The notes: a model not told the origin generated them from the sequence alone. Positions 48,097 to 57,921 are shown, counted from the first letter of the stretch. The stretch is DNA of 64,000 nt from Betaproteobacteria bacterium (GCA_900299145.1 OMIN01000098.1:6081-70080); one strand, 5' to 3'. Translations and numbers: made by a program.

Positions 48097-48617
48097 ACCG
48101 CAGAAATTTCTTAATAAAAACAAATAGTTATATAACCATGGGCGCGGCGCTTGTACTGGCTTTGCCGGGCGATTGCGCGGCGGCCACGGCCGTTACCGGC
48201 GAGTTGTTGCCGTTCGATGCCAACAGTTTGGCTGCGCTGCGCAAGTCGCACGCGGGTAAACCTTTCGTATTGGCGTTCTGGTCGGTTTATTGCGAGCCGT
48301 GCCGCGACGAAATGGCGGAATGGGACGCGGTCAAGCGCAAGCACCCGGCGCTGGCGCTGGAACTCATTTCCACCGACGCGCCCGCCGACCGCGCGTTGAT
48401 CGATGCCTTTCTGAAAAAATATCCGCCGGGGCCGGTGCGCCAATGGGTGTTTGCCGATGCGGTGAGCGAGCGCGTCCGTTATGCCGTAGACAAATCGTGG
48501 CGCGGTGAACTGCCCAAGAGCTATTTCTTCGATGCCGCGCATCGCGTTGAAGTCAAAAGCGGCAAGGTGGATCGCGCGTGGGTCGACGGCTGGCTCCCGC
48601 GGCAAACGCCGCGTTAG
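48093..48617 (+). CDS. TlpA/redoxin family thiol-disulfide oxidoreductase
   Basis: WSVYCEPC (CxxC) in a thioredoxin fold, with an RRNFL twin-arginine-like signal. Confidence 0.85.
   Translation: MNRRNFLIKTNSYITMGAALVLALPGDCAAATAVTGELLPFDANSLAALRKSHAGKPFVLAFWSVYCEPCRDEMAEWDAVKRKHPALALELISTDAPADRALIDAFLKKYPPGPVRQWVFADAVSERVRYAVDKSWRGELPKSYFFDAAHRVEVKSGKVDRAWVDGWLPRQTPR
48103..48131 (+). repeat. AT-rich dispersed element copy
   Basis: GAAATTTCTTAATAAAAACAAATAGTTAT. It encodes part of the signal peptide MNRRNFLIKTNSYI of the next gene. Confidence 0.9.
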
Positions 48618-50230
48618 TGGGTGGAAAGTCCCCTCGCGGAAATCGTAAATCGCTGATCGTCATCCGTCGCCATTTGATTGACGAGTTCGATTTCCCACGA
48701 CAGATATTCCTGCATCGCCGCTTCGACATTTTCGCTTTGCTCGCGCGCTTTGAGGCGAACGTCGTCGGGCGCGGTTGCCATGCGCGTGGCGCCTTGTTCC
48801 AGCGGATAGCCCGCCTGCCGCCACGCGGCAGTGCCGCCAGTCAGCGTCAACACGGTTTGCCTGCCGGCAGCCTGCGCGTCCATCGCGGCAAGCCGCGCCA
48901 GTACGCCGTCAGACGACGTGAAAGCCACTGCGTCATTCGCTGGCAACTTTGACAGTATTTCATCGAGCCGCGAGCGTAGCCCGTACCACGCACCAGGAAT
49001 GTGGCCATCGAGGTAATCGCGGCTCCAGCCCACGTCCACCACGTTTAGGTTGCCCGCTTGCAGGCGCTGGTGCAGCGTGTTGGCATTAACTTCCGGTACG
49101 CGCGCTTCATCCATGCCCAAGGTGCGCGCCACCCACGGCCCTTTTTGCTGACCGTGCTGACGCATGTCCAGCGTCAGCGCCGCCACGTCCCAGCCCATCT
49201 GCTTCATCCAGTGCGCGGTCATGATGGCGCGCACGCCGTCATCGTCCACCAGCACCACGCGCGCACCCCAGATAGCGGCGTGACGGTCGGTTTCCTGAAC
49301 CAGTTGACCGCCGGGCACGTTCTTCATTCCGGGCACGTGGCCCGCCGTGTATTCGGCCGGATCGCGCACGTCGAACACGTACAGCGTGCGGGTGTCCGAT
49401 TCGGTTTGCCAGCGTGCGAGCGTAGCCTCGCCGATGCAGGCAACGCCAAATTTTGCGGCGACTTGCTGCGCGGCCTTCTTCGCGGCCTCATGCCCCTGCG
49501 GCGATACCGCCGGCGGCTTGGCGTTTGAGCCCTTCAAAATTTCAAAACCCGACAAATGCCAAGCCTGCGTGCCATTCTTCAGCGACACCACCTTGTTCGG
49601 CACGCCAGCGTTAATCAGCGACTGCGCGCCGATGATGCTGCGCGTGCGCCCGCCGCAGTTCACCACCACGGTCGTCGCGGGCGAAGACACCATGTCGGCA
49701 AAGCGGTAGGCGAGTTCAGCGCCGGGCACGCTGATTGCCGTGGGAGTGCTGTTGCCGTGAAATTCCTCGAATGACCGGCTGTCGAACAGTGCGATGTCGG
49801 CCTTGGTGTCGATCCATTGCTTAAGTTTTTCCACGGTGATCCACGGCGTGCCCATGGCGTGTTCGACGACTTCGGCGAATGCCTTGCTCGGCACGTGAAC
49901 GCCGCTGTAGATGCGATAGCCTGCCGCTTCCCATGCGGCAATACCACCGCGCAACACCGTAACGTTGGTGTAGCCCAGCGCGTTCATGCGCGCGGCGGCG
50001 CGGGCGGCAAGGCCTTCGCCGTCGTCGCACCACACCACGCGGGCGGATCGCCGCGGCACGCTGGCGTCAACCAGTAATTCCAGCCGGGAGAGTGGCACGC
50101 ACGCCGCCATCAGCAGATGCCGGTACGAATACGGCACTTCTTCGCGTGCATCCAGCAGTGCGATCTCGTTGCTGTCGTGCAGCGCAGCTTTCAGCGCGGG
50201 CGCTTCGATCCATCGAACGTTTTGACTCAT
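48614..50230 (-). CDS. multi-domain rhodanese-like sulfurtransferase
   Basis: Four rhodanese-like repeats, with the active-site loop CGGRTRS in repeat 2. The ATG at 50230 is preferred. Confidence 0.8.
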   Translation of the reverse strand: MSQNVRWIEAPALKAALHDSNEIALLDAREEVPYSYRHLLMAACVPLSRLELLVDASVPRRSARVVWCDDGEGLAARAAARMNALGYTNVTVLRGGIAAWEAAGYRIYSGVHVPSKAFAEVVEHAMGTPWITVEKLKQWIDTKADIALFDSRSFEEFHGNSTPTAISVPGAELAYRFADMVSSPATTVVVNCGGRTRSIIGAQSLINAGVPNKVVSLKNGTQAWHLSGFEILKGSNAKPPAVSPQGHEAAKKAAQQVAAKFGVACIGEATLARWQTESDTRTLYVFDVRDPAEYTAGHVPGMKNVPGGQLVQETDRHAAIWGARVVLVDDDGVRAIMTAHWMKQMGWDVAALTLDMRQHGQQKGPWVARTLGMDEARVPEVNANTLHQRLQAGNLNVVDVGWSRDYLDGHIPGAWYGLRSRLDEILSKLPANDAVAFTSSDGVLARLAAMDAQAAGRQTVLTLTGGTAAWRQAGYPLEQGATRMATAPDDVRLKAREQSENVEAAMQEYLSWEIELVNQMATDDDQRFTISARGLSTH

Positions 50231-50321
50231 GGCGGGCGGCTCCCATGGTAAGTTTGAAAGCGCTGGTTTACCACAACGCGGGTTCGGTCCGCCACTCACT
50301 TTAATGCCACGATCCCATTGC

Positions 50322-50360
50322 GGAAAAAAACAGGGCGTCCCGTCGTGAGAAGGGACGCCC
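50322..50360 (-). terminator. intrinsic terminator downstream of amtB
   Basis: Minus strand reads GGGCGTCCC-TTCTCACGAC-GGGACGCCC followed by TGTTTTTTT. Confidence 0.85.
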
Positions 50361-50412
50361 TCGAACAACAGCGCAGGGGAGGGGCTGCGCCGCGTTCTAC
50401 AACAACACGTTG

Positions 50413-51942
50413 CTACATGTGATACGCCGTCTCGCCGTGGGAGTTGATATCGAGACCTTCGCGTTCCTCTTCTTCCGTCACGCGCAGTCCGCCCGCAACC
50501 AGGCCGGCAATCCAGAAAGCTACCGCTGCGACCACGGCTGTCCACACCACGGTGACGCCAACGGCTTGCGCCTGTATCCAGACTTGTGCACCGATGCTCT
50601 CAAAGCCGGGCTTCATTTCGAACCAGTTGTTGGGAAAGCCGGGGCCGCCCAGCGCCGGCGAATTGAACACGCCGGTCAGCAGTGCGCCGAGTATGCCGCC
50701 AACCGCGTGGACGCCGAAGACATCCAGTGAGTCGTCGACTTTCAGCATGCGTTTCAGGCCGTTCACGCCCCACAGGCAGACGATGCCCGCCACAGTGCCG
50801 ATCACGAATGCTCCGGCGACGCCCACATTGCCGGCCGCTGGGGTGATGGCCACCAGGCCCGCCACCGCACCCGACGCCGCCCCCAGCATTGAGGGTTTGC
50901 CCTTGAACATCCACTCGGCGAACGTCCATGACAGCACCGCGCACGCCGTGGCGAGGAAGGTGTTAAGGAAGGCGAGAGCAGCCGAGTTATTCGCTTCCAG
51001 CGCGGACCCGGCATTGAATCCGAACCAGCCCACCCACAGCATCGACGCGCCAATCATGGTCATGGTGAGGTTGTGCGGCTTCATCGCTTCGCGGCCGAAG
51101 CCAACCCGCTTGCCAACCATGTAGGCGCCGACCAATCCCGCTACGCCAGCGTTGATGTGTACCACGGTGCCGCCCGCGAAATCCAGCGCCCCCCACTGCC
51201 ACAGCAAGCCTGCGGTGCTGTTAAGTTTGTCGACCAGCTTGGCGTCTGTGTAGGCATCCGGGCCCGGCCAGAACCAGACCATGTGTGCGATCGGCAGATA
51301 GCTGAAAGTAAACCAGATCACCACGAAAATGAGCACTGCCGAGAACTTGATGCGCTCGGCGAAGGCGCCGAGGATCAGACAGCAGGTGATCGCGGCAAAC
51401 GTGCACTGGAAGGCGATGAACACCAGTTCCGGCAGCACCGTGCCCTTGCTGAAGGTGGCCGCAGTGGCGAAGTCGCCTTTTACCGCGTCGATCACCGCGC
51501 CTTTCAGAAATAGCCGGTCAAAGCCGCCGATGAAAGCGTTGCCCTCGGTGAAGGCGAGACTGTAGCCATAGACGCACCACAGTACGGTGATAAGTGAAAA
51601 GACGACGAACACCTGCATCAGCACCGACAGCATGTTCTTCGCGCGCACCATACCGCCGTAGAACAGCGCCAGCGCGGGGATGCTCATCATCAGTACCAGT
51701 GCGGTGGACATCAGCATCCAAGCGATATCGCCTTTGTTGGTGGTTGACTTGGCGGGGGCCGCAGCCGTTGCGGGCGCCGCTGGTGCTGTGGCAGGCGCGG
51801 CCGCTGGCGCAGGGGTGGCGGCGGGTGCTGCCGCAGCCGCAGGCTCCACGGCCTTTTCAGCGGGCTTGTCCTGAGCCTGCGCGCCGAAGCTTGCGCAGAA
51901 CAGGAAGGCCAGCGTGGATAACAAAATGCTCAGACGGTTCAT
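50413..51942 (-). CDS. amtB: ammonium transporter
   Basis: GGTVVHINAG and DDSLDVFGVHAVGG motifs. There is a signal peptide plus an unusual ~45-aa Ala/Pro-rich segment before TM1. Confidence 0.93.
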   Translation of the reverse strand: MNRLSILLSTLAFLFCASFGAQAQDKPAEKAVEPAAAAAPAATPAPAAAPATAPAAPATAAAPAKSTTNKGDIAWMLMSTALVLMMSIPALALFYGGMVRAKNMLSVLMQVFVVFSLITVLWCVYGYSLAFTEGNAFIGGFDRLFLKGAVIDAVKGDFATAATFSKGTVLPELVFIAFQCTFAAITCCLILGAFAERIKFSAVLIFVVIWFTFSYLPIAHMVWFWPGPDAYTDAKLVDKLNSTAGLLWQWGALDFAGGTVVHINAGVAGLVGAYMVGKRVGFGREAMKPHNLTMTMIGASMLWVGWFGFNAGSALEANNSAALAFLNTFLATACAVLSWTFAEWMFKGKPSMLGAASGAVAGLVAITPAAGNVGVAGAFVIGTVAGIVCLWGVNGLKRMLKVDDSLDVFGVHAVGGILGALLTGVFNSPALGGPGFPNNWFEMKPGFESIGAQVWIQAQAVGVTVVWTAVVAAVAFWIAGLVAGGLRVTEEEEREGLDINSHGETAYHM

Positions 51943-52030
51943 TGCGGTTCCCCTAAAATTTTCAACCATTGAAAACTGCTTTTAGATGAGAGGTTTGCCG
52001 GCATCGGTGGGCCCGATGCCAGCGGGTTTG

Positions 52031-53321
<1,291 letters not shown>

Positions 53322-53359
53322 GGTAGAGCCTCCCGTTAATTAAACTGCATTGACGTAAA

Positions 53360-53375
53360 AGCACATAGCGTGCCA
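53360..53375 (-). promoter_or_regulatory. sigma-54 (-24/-12) promoter candidate
   Basis: Minus strand reads TGGCAC-GCTAT-GTGCT (consensus TGGCAC-N5-TTGCW), ~40-55 nt upstream of the porin ATG. A GGAGG Shine-Dalgarno lies in between. Confidence 0.7.
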
Positions 53376-53377
53376 GT

Positions 53378-53407
53378 GAAAATATATCAATAAAATCATA
53401 TATTTAC
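53378..53407 (+). repeat. AT-rich dispersed element copy (variant with ATCA core)
   Basis: GAAAATATATCAATAAAATCATATATTTAC. Located between the sigma-54 promoter and the NtrC-like sites. Confidence 0.75.
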
Positions 53408-53431
53408 ATAAAAATTTGCTTGCGTGAAATG

Positions 53432-53446
53432 GCACTGTAACGGTGC
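53432..53446. promoter_or_regulatory. NtrC-like enhancer half-site pair
   Basis: GCACTGTAACGGTGC fits GCAC-N7-GTGC, as in TGCACC-N5-GGTGCA. Confidence 0.5.
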
Positions 53447-53463
53447 AGGCCCCCGTCATTAGC

Positions 53464-53478
53464 GCACTTTCGTGGTGC
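53464..53478. promoter_or_regulatory. NtrC-like enhancer half-site pair
   Basis: GCACTTTCGTGGTGC fits GCAC-N7-GTGC. Confidence 0.5.
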
Positions 53479-53557
53479 GTTTTTTGTGGCGCAAATTTCG
53501 CGCGGCGCACGGGCGCAAGCGGTTTGCTAGACTAACGATTGCGCTGGAGAAAGTGCC

Positions 53558-53797
53558 ATGAATAAACCTGCATTCGAAGAATTATTCAATAAAATCAATA
53601 ATTTATTGAAAAACACCCCGGCGGTCGACGTGGAAAAGAATTTGCGCGCGCTGTTATCGTCGACTTTTTCGCGATTGGATCTGGTGACGCGAGAGGAATT
53701 TGACGTGCAACGCGAAGTGCTGGTGCGCTCCCGCGAAAAAATTACCCAGCTTGAGGCGCGAATCTCCGAGCTGGAACGCGCGCAACGCGCCAACTGA
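53558..53797 (+). CDS. ubiK: ubiquinone biosynthesis accessory factor UbiK (YqiC/BMFP family)
   Basis: 79-aa coiled-coil protein with [16 protein letters not shown]...LEARISELE. Confidence 0.8.
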   Translation: MNKPAFEELFNKINNLLKNTPAVDVEKNLRALLSSTFSRLDLVTREEFDVQREVLVRSREKITQLEARISELERAQRAN

Positions 53798-53801
53798 ACC
53801 G

Positions 53802-54443
53802 ATGTCCTTGGCCGTTTTGCACAGCCGCGCGCTGGCGGGTGTTGAGGCGCCGCCGGTGGATGTCGAGGTTCATCTGGCCAACGGCTTGCCGAGCTTCACC
53901 ATCGTTGGCTTGCCCGAAGCCGAGGTGAAGGAATCGAAAGACCGCGTGCGCGCGGCGTTGCAAAACGCGCGTTTCGAATTTCCCCTGCGGCGTATCACGG
54001 TGAATCTCGCGCCGGCCGATTTGCCCAAGGAATCGGGGCGGCTGGATTTGCCGATTGCATTGGGCATACTCGCCGCGTCAGGGCAGATTCCCGCCGACAA
54101 ACTCAGCGAATACGAATTCGCCGGCGAGCTCGCGCTGACCGGTGCGTTGCGCCCGATACGCGGCGCGCTCGCCATGACCCTGGGTGCGCTGAAAGATGGC
54201 CGCGCGTTTGTGCTGCCTCCCGACAACGCCGCCGAAGCCGCGCTGGTTGAAAACGCCACGGTCTACGCGGCGCCATCACTGCTGGCGGTGTGCGCGCATT
54301 TGCTGGGGCAGGCAAATTTGCCGTCTATCAAAGCGCACCGGCGATAACCGCGCAAAGTTACGCTGATCTGCTGGATGTCAAAGGCCAGGCTCATGCCAAG
54401 CGCGCGCTCGAAATCGCGGCAGCGGGAGGCCACAGCCTGTTGA
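53802..54443 (+). pseudogene. comM: comM/yifB (Mg-chelatase-like ATPase) 5' fragment, interrupted and frameshifted
   Basis: MSLAVLHSRALAGVEAPPVDVEV...ITVNLAPADLPKESGRLDLPIALGILAASG. The frame changes near 54310-54345 and then reads DLLDVKGQAHAKRALEIAAAGGHSLL up to the island junction. Confidence 0.85.
54431..54443. repeat. attL core (direct repeat)
   Basis: CACAGCCTGTTGA here versus CACAGTCTGTTGA at 60119. A 10-bp inverted repeat lies nearby (GAGACCAATA at 54457, TATTGGTCTC at 60103). Confidence 0.75.
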
Positions 54444-54504
54444 AGTTGTTTACGTGGAGACCAATAACAATTAATATGGCCCCCTTCACGTTGCTGGGGA
54501 CAGC

Positions 54505-56073
54505 ATGCCAAAGGCTTACAGCTATTTGCGGTTCTCAACGCCAGAGCAGCAGAAAGGGGATAGCTCGCGGCGACAAACCTCGCTGGCGAGGGAGTATGCG
54601 CAGAAACACAAGCTGGAACTGGATGAAAGCCTCACCTATCGGGACTTAGGCGTTTCAGCATTCCGCAACAAGAATGCGCGAGTAGGGCAGCTTGCTGAAT
54701 TTCTCCTAGCCGTTGAGAACGGAACAATCGCCAGCGGCAGCTATTTATTAATTGAAAGTCTCGACCGCCTAACGCGTGAAAAGATTGTCGCGGCGCAGAC
54801 ACTGTTTAATCGAATCATCATGGCGGGGATAGTCATTGTCACCCTCGCGGACAATAAGGTATATAGCCATGACAGTCTAAACGCAAACCCCGTTGATATG
54901 ATTCTGTCCCTGTTGGTTATGATGCGGGCCCACGAAGAAAGCGAAACAAAGGGCCGGAGGATTAAAGCAGCGTGGAAGCAAAAGCGAGTGATGGCAGACA
55001 CTCGGAAATTGACCAAGTTGTGCCCCGGCTGGCTGACGCTACGCGATGACCGCTCGCAATTTGATATTGTGAAAGAGCGTGCCGCAGTGGTAAAGCGCAT
55101 CTTCCGCATGACGCTGAAAGGCACCGGGAGGAAAACGATTGCGCGCACTCTCAATGAAGAAAAGATTCCGTCATTCAATGGGGCCGTATGGCATAGCAGT
55201 TACATCGCCAAGCTGCAAAGCAACCCGGCAACTATCGGGACATTTGTGCCGCACACCGAGGAGCACCAAGACGGTAAGACAATACGAACGCCCGCTGAGG
55301 CCATACCGAACTACTTCCCCCCAGTTATCACGAAGGACACGTTTGAACGTGTGCAGTCGCTACGGGGCGAGGCACGCAGCCCGCTACGGGGGCGGCACGC
55401 ATCCGGCATCATAAGTAATATTCTCGGGGGGCTGGGACGCTGCCCCACCTGTGGCGGCGCTGTGACTGTCACCAACAAGGGCGGCAGCAAGGGGACATGG
55501 CGATATTTCATTTGCACCAAGGCCAAGGCGGGGGCGGCTGACTGCCGTTATCGGACTATCCCGTATGGCGAAGTGGAGCGTGCCATCATCGCGGAGTTTG
55601 ACAGCATCGTTGCGGATTGCCCCGCACCAAACAGCGCAGCACGTGAGATAGAGACGAAACTGCGAGATGTGGGGGACAACATAGAGGCAACGAAAGACGC
55701 AATTGAAGAATTATTAAAAGCGATTGAGCGCGCGGGTAAAAGCCCCGCGACAGTAATGCAGCGCGTAAGCGACCACGAGGCCACAATAAAAGACCTTCAG
55801 GGCACAGAGAAGGCTCTATTAAAACAACTCGCAGCAGCGGCATCCAAGGGATTAGAGCAGAAACTAGAGCAGGCCCGAAAGGCCCTAGCGGCGGCACCCA
55901 TCAATAGACAGGCCGTAAATATAGCACTGCGACAACTCCTTACCAGCGTAGTGATAGACCCAGAAAGCGGCGAGCTTACGTTCCATTGGATGCATGGCGG
56001 GGAGAGCAGCTTTACTTATCGTTGGTTTAAACCTGTTGCACGGAAGGGCGCACGGCCACGGATAGCCACCTAG
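54505..56073 (+). CDS. large serine recombinase (integrase)
   Basis: YSYLRFSTPEQ catalytic-Ser resolvase domain, a recombinase domain, a Zn ribbon (CPTCGG...C) and a C-terminal coiled coil. 522 aa. Confidence 0.9.
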   Translation: MPKAYSYLRFSTPEQQKGDSSRRQTSLAREYAQKHKLELDESLTYRDLGVSAFRNKNARVGQLAEFLLAVENGTIASGSYLLIESLDRLTREKIVAAQTLFNRIIMAGIVIVTLADNKVYSHDSLNANPVDMILSLLVMMRAHEESETKGRRIKAAWKQKRVMADTRKLTKLCPGWLTLRDDRSQFDIVKERAAVVKRIFRMTLKGTGRKTIARTLNEEKIPSFNGAVWHSSYIAKLQSNPATIGTFVPHTEEHQDGKTIRTPAEAIPNYFPPVITKDTFERVQSLRGEARSPLRGRHASGIISNILGGLGRCPTCGGAVTVTNKGGSKGTWRYFICTKAKAGAADCRYRTIPYGEVERAIIAEFDSIVADCPAPNSAAREIETKLRDVGDNIEATKDAIEELLKAIERAGKSPATVMQRVSDHEATIKDLQGTEKALLKQLAAAASKGLEQKLEQARKALAAAPINRQAVNIALRQLLTSVVIDPESGELTFHWMHGGESSFTYRWFKPVARKGARPRIAT

Positions 56074-56258
56074 ATGCACACATAGGGCGTGAGGGCTGAC
56101 GCTGTGCCCAAATTTCTGCCAAATATTTCTTTGAGGGCATCCCATAAACTTCGCTTTTGGAATTTCCCCCCGTCTCAAATTTTACCTATTACAAACGAGC
56201 AAGAAAGCAACTTGCTTCGCGTTACACATGCTGTTCACACAGCGTGAGCGGGCCAGCA

Positions 56259-56525
56259 TCAGCGAGGCGCACGAACGGCAGAGCATTCGTAGCTCACGGT
56301 GCGGAGCTCTTTCCCATCCACCAGCCCTGCCACCTCGTATGGGTAGCAGAAATCAACTGTTCCGGTGAGCCGGTCAATCCGCACAACGCGATGGGAGTAT
56401 TCATGCATAGCAGTTGAAACCTCGTATCGCTGGCTTAGACCAATAAATACCAGCGCAGCGGAAAGCACCAAGCCCGCGACTATGACAGCGCGGCCCACCT
56501 TCGCCACATCGGATGCGGTGTTCAT
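56259..56525 (-). CDS. hypothetical small membrane protein
   Basis: 88-aa ORF with one clear TM helix (AVIVAGLVLSAALVFIGL). No family recognised. Confidence 0.4.
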   Translation of the reverse strand: MNTASDVAKVGRAVIVAGLVLSAALVFIGLSQRYEVSTAMHEYSHRVVRIDRLTGTVDFCYPYEVAGLVDGKELRTVSYECSAVRAPR

Positions 56526-56716
56526 GTTCAGGCCCCTTGTTGGTATCAGTCGGCACCGAGTCTAGCAGCGCACCACCCTGTTAGATGACGGTCGATTTCC
56601 AACAGTGCCTTATGCTGCCCGCACACCCTGTTAAGAAATTAGTGCTGTACATTACTAACGGTCTGTACTATTCTGGCAGCGTTTTCTGACACCCACACAA
56701 CATGGAGACGCACAAC

Positions 56717-57295
56717 ATGGCCACCTTTGGATACGGACGCGTTAGCACTACTGAGCAGAGCACCGAGAACCAGCGTATGGAGATTGAGCGTGCGGGCTAT
56801 AAACCTGAATACTGGTTTGCGGATGATGGTGTAAGTGGCGCGGTGCTTGCGGCGCAGCGCCCCGAATTCAAGGCCATGCTAGGCAAGATACGCAGCGGTG
56901 AGAACCTAGTGGTTACCAAGATAGACCGCCTTGGGCGCGACGCCATAGACATTCAGCAGACCGTGAAAAGTCTTAAGGGTGCCGGGGTGCGTGTGTTCGT
57001 GACACAGCTAGGGGCCACAGACCTAACGAGTTCAGCCGGGAAGATGCTACTAGCGATGCTGTCCGCCTTTGCGGAGATGGAGCGCGACCTGATTGTGGAA
57101 CGCACGAAGGCGGGACTGGCACGCGCTAAAGCAGAGGGCAAACAACTGGGACGCAAGCCGAAGACTACCGAGGCCCAGCGCGTGGTCATCCGTGCGGCAC
57201 TAGCCAGCGGCGAGACGGTAAGTGAGATGGCACGCCGCAGCGGACTGAGCAGAGCATCCGTTATCAGCATCCGGGGGGCGGCAAGCGCGCCTTAG
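56717..57295 (+). CDS. small serine recombinase (resolvase/invertase family)
   Basis: MATFGYGRVSTTEQ catalytic motif and a C-terminal HTH (GETVSEMARRSGLSRASV). Confidence 0.9.
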   Translation: MATFGYGRVSTTEQSTENQRMEIERAGYKPEYWFADDGVSGAVLAAQRPEFKAMLGKIRSGENLVVTKIDRLGRDAIDIQQTVKSLKGAGVRVFVTQLGATDLTSSAGKMLLAMLSAFAEMERDLIVERTKAGLARAKAEGKQLGRKPKTTEAQRVVIRAALASGETVSEMARRSGLSRASVISIRGAASAP

Positions 57296-57325
57296 CCACT
57301 GCGATACCACCACGGGGACACAGAG

Positions 57326-57346
57326 GGGGCCGGAATGGCCCCTTTT
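57326..57346 (+). terminator. intrinsic terminator-like hairpin after the resolvase gene
   Basis: GGGGCC-GGAAT-GGCCCC followed by TTTT. Confidence 0.55.
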
Positions 57347-57702
57347 CCATTTCTATCATTAGGGTGCGGGGCGTTGTGGGCCCCTAACCCTCACTCTTGC
57401 CCCTCTCCTCTCCGCTGGTAAGCGTCCGGCGATGCCCCAGCAGTGCCACCAGTGGGCCCCATGAGGGCATCAGTAAGTAACCCGCCGGGGCACAGCGATA
57501 GAACGCGACAGGGCGCGCCCCACGCGTTTGTGGCTACTGAACCCACCAACGCACTAGCCGGGACAGTCCGGACGCTATGGCGGGCCACGTGGGGCCACGG
57601 CGGGGCACTCACATGGGGCGGGGTGAATCACGCAGCAACTCAACCGAAGAAAGGGAATACGGCAGTGAATGAAGAAACGGCAGCGACCACAGGGAGAACG
57701 TC

Positions 57703-57921
57703 ATGAGCGGCACAGCAGAAAAGATGGTTTACAGGCAAGTGGCAATTCCGGTCAGTGCATTTGACTGGCTGAAGCACCAGCAGCGCACCCACGAGGCACA
57801 ACTGGGCTACTGCATAAGCAACAGTGAGGCCCTCGCACTGATTATCAGTGAGCACAAAAGATTAACCGTAGAAAGTGGAGCACATCAGAATGTCATTACT
57901 CACAGCAAAGGCCGCGCTTGA
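57703..57921 (+). CDS. hypothetical protein
   Basis: 72-aa ORF overlapping the start of the ParB-like gene. No family recognised. Confidence 0.35.
   Translation: MSGTAEKMVYRQVAIPVSAFDWLKHQQRTHEAQLGYCISNSEALALIISEHKRLTVESGAHQNVITHSKGRA

Noticed and set aside
50231-50545. 105-codon N-terminal extension of the rhodanese ORF (643 aa)
   Set aside because: The extension runs through the amtB terminator hairpin and overlaps amtB. The conserved rhodanese sequence begins at the ATG at 50230.
53431-53446. TGGCAC at 53431 as a plus-strand sigma-54 promoter for ubiK
   Set aside because: The expected -12 GC element is displaced by 2 nt (TGGCAC-TGTAA-CGGTGC). The sequence fits an NtrC-type palindrome better.
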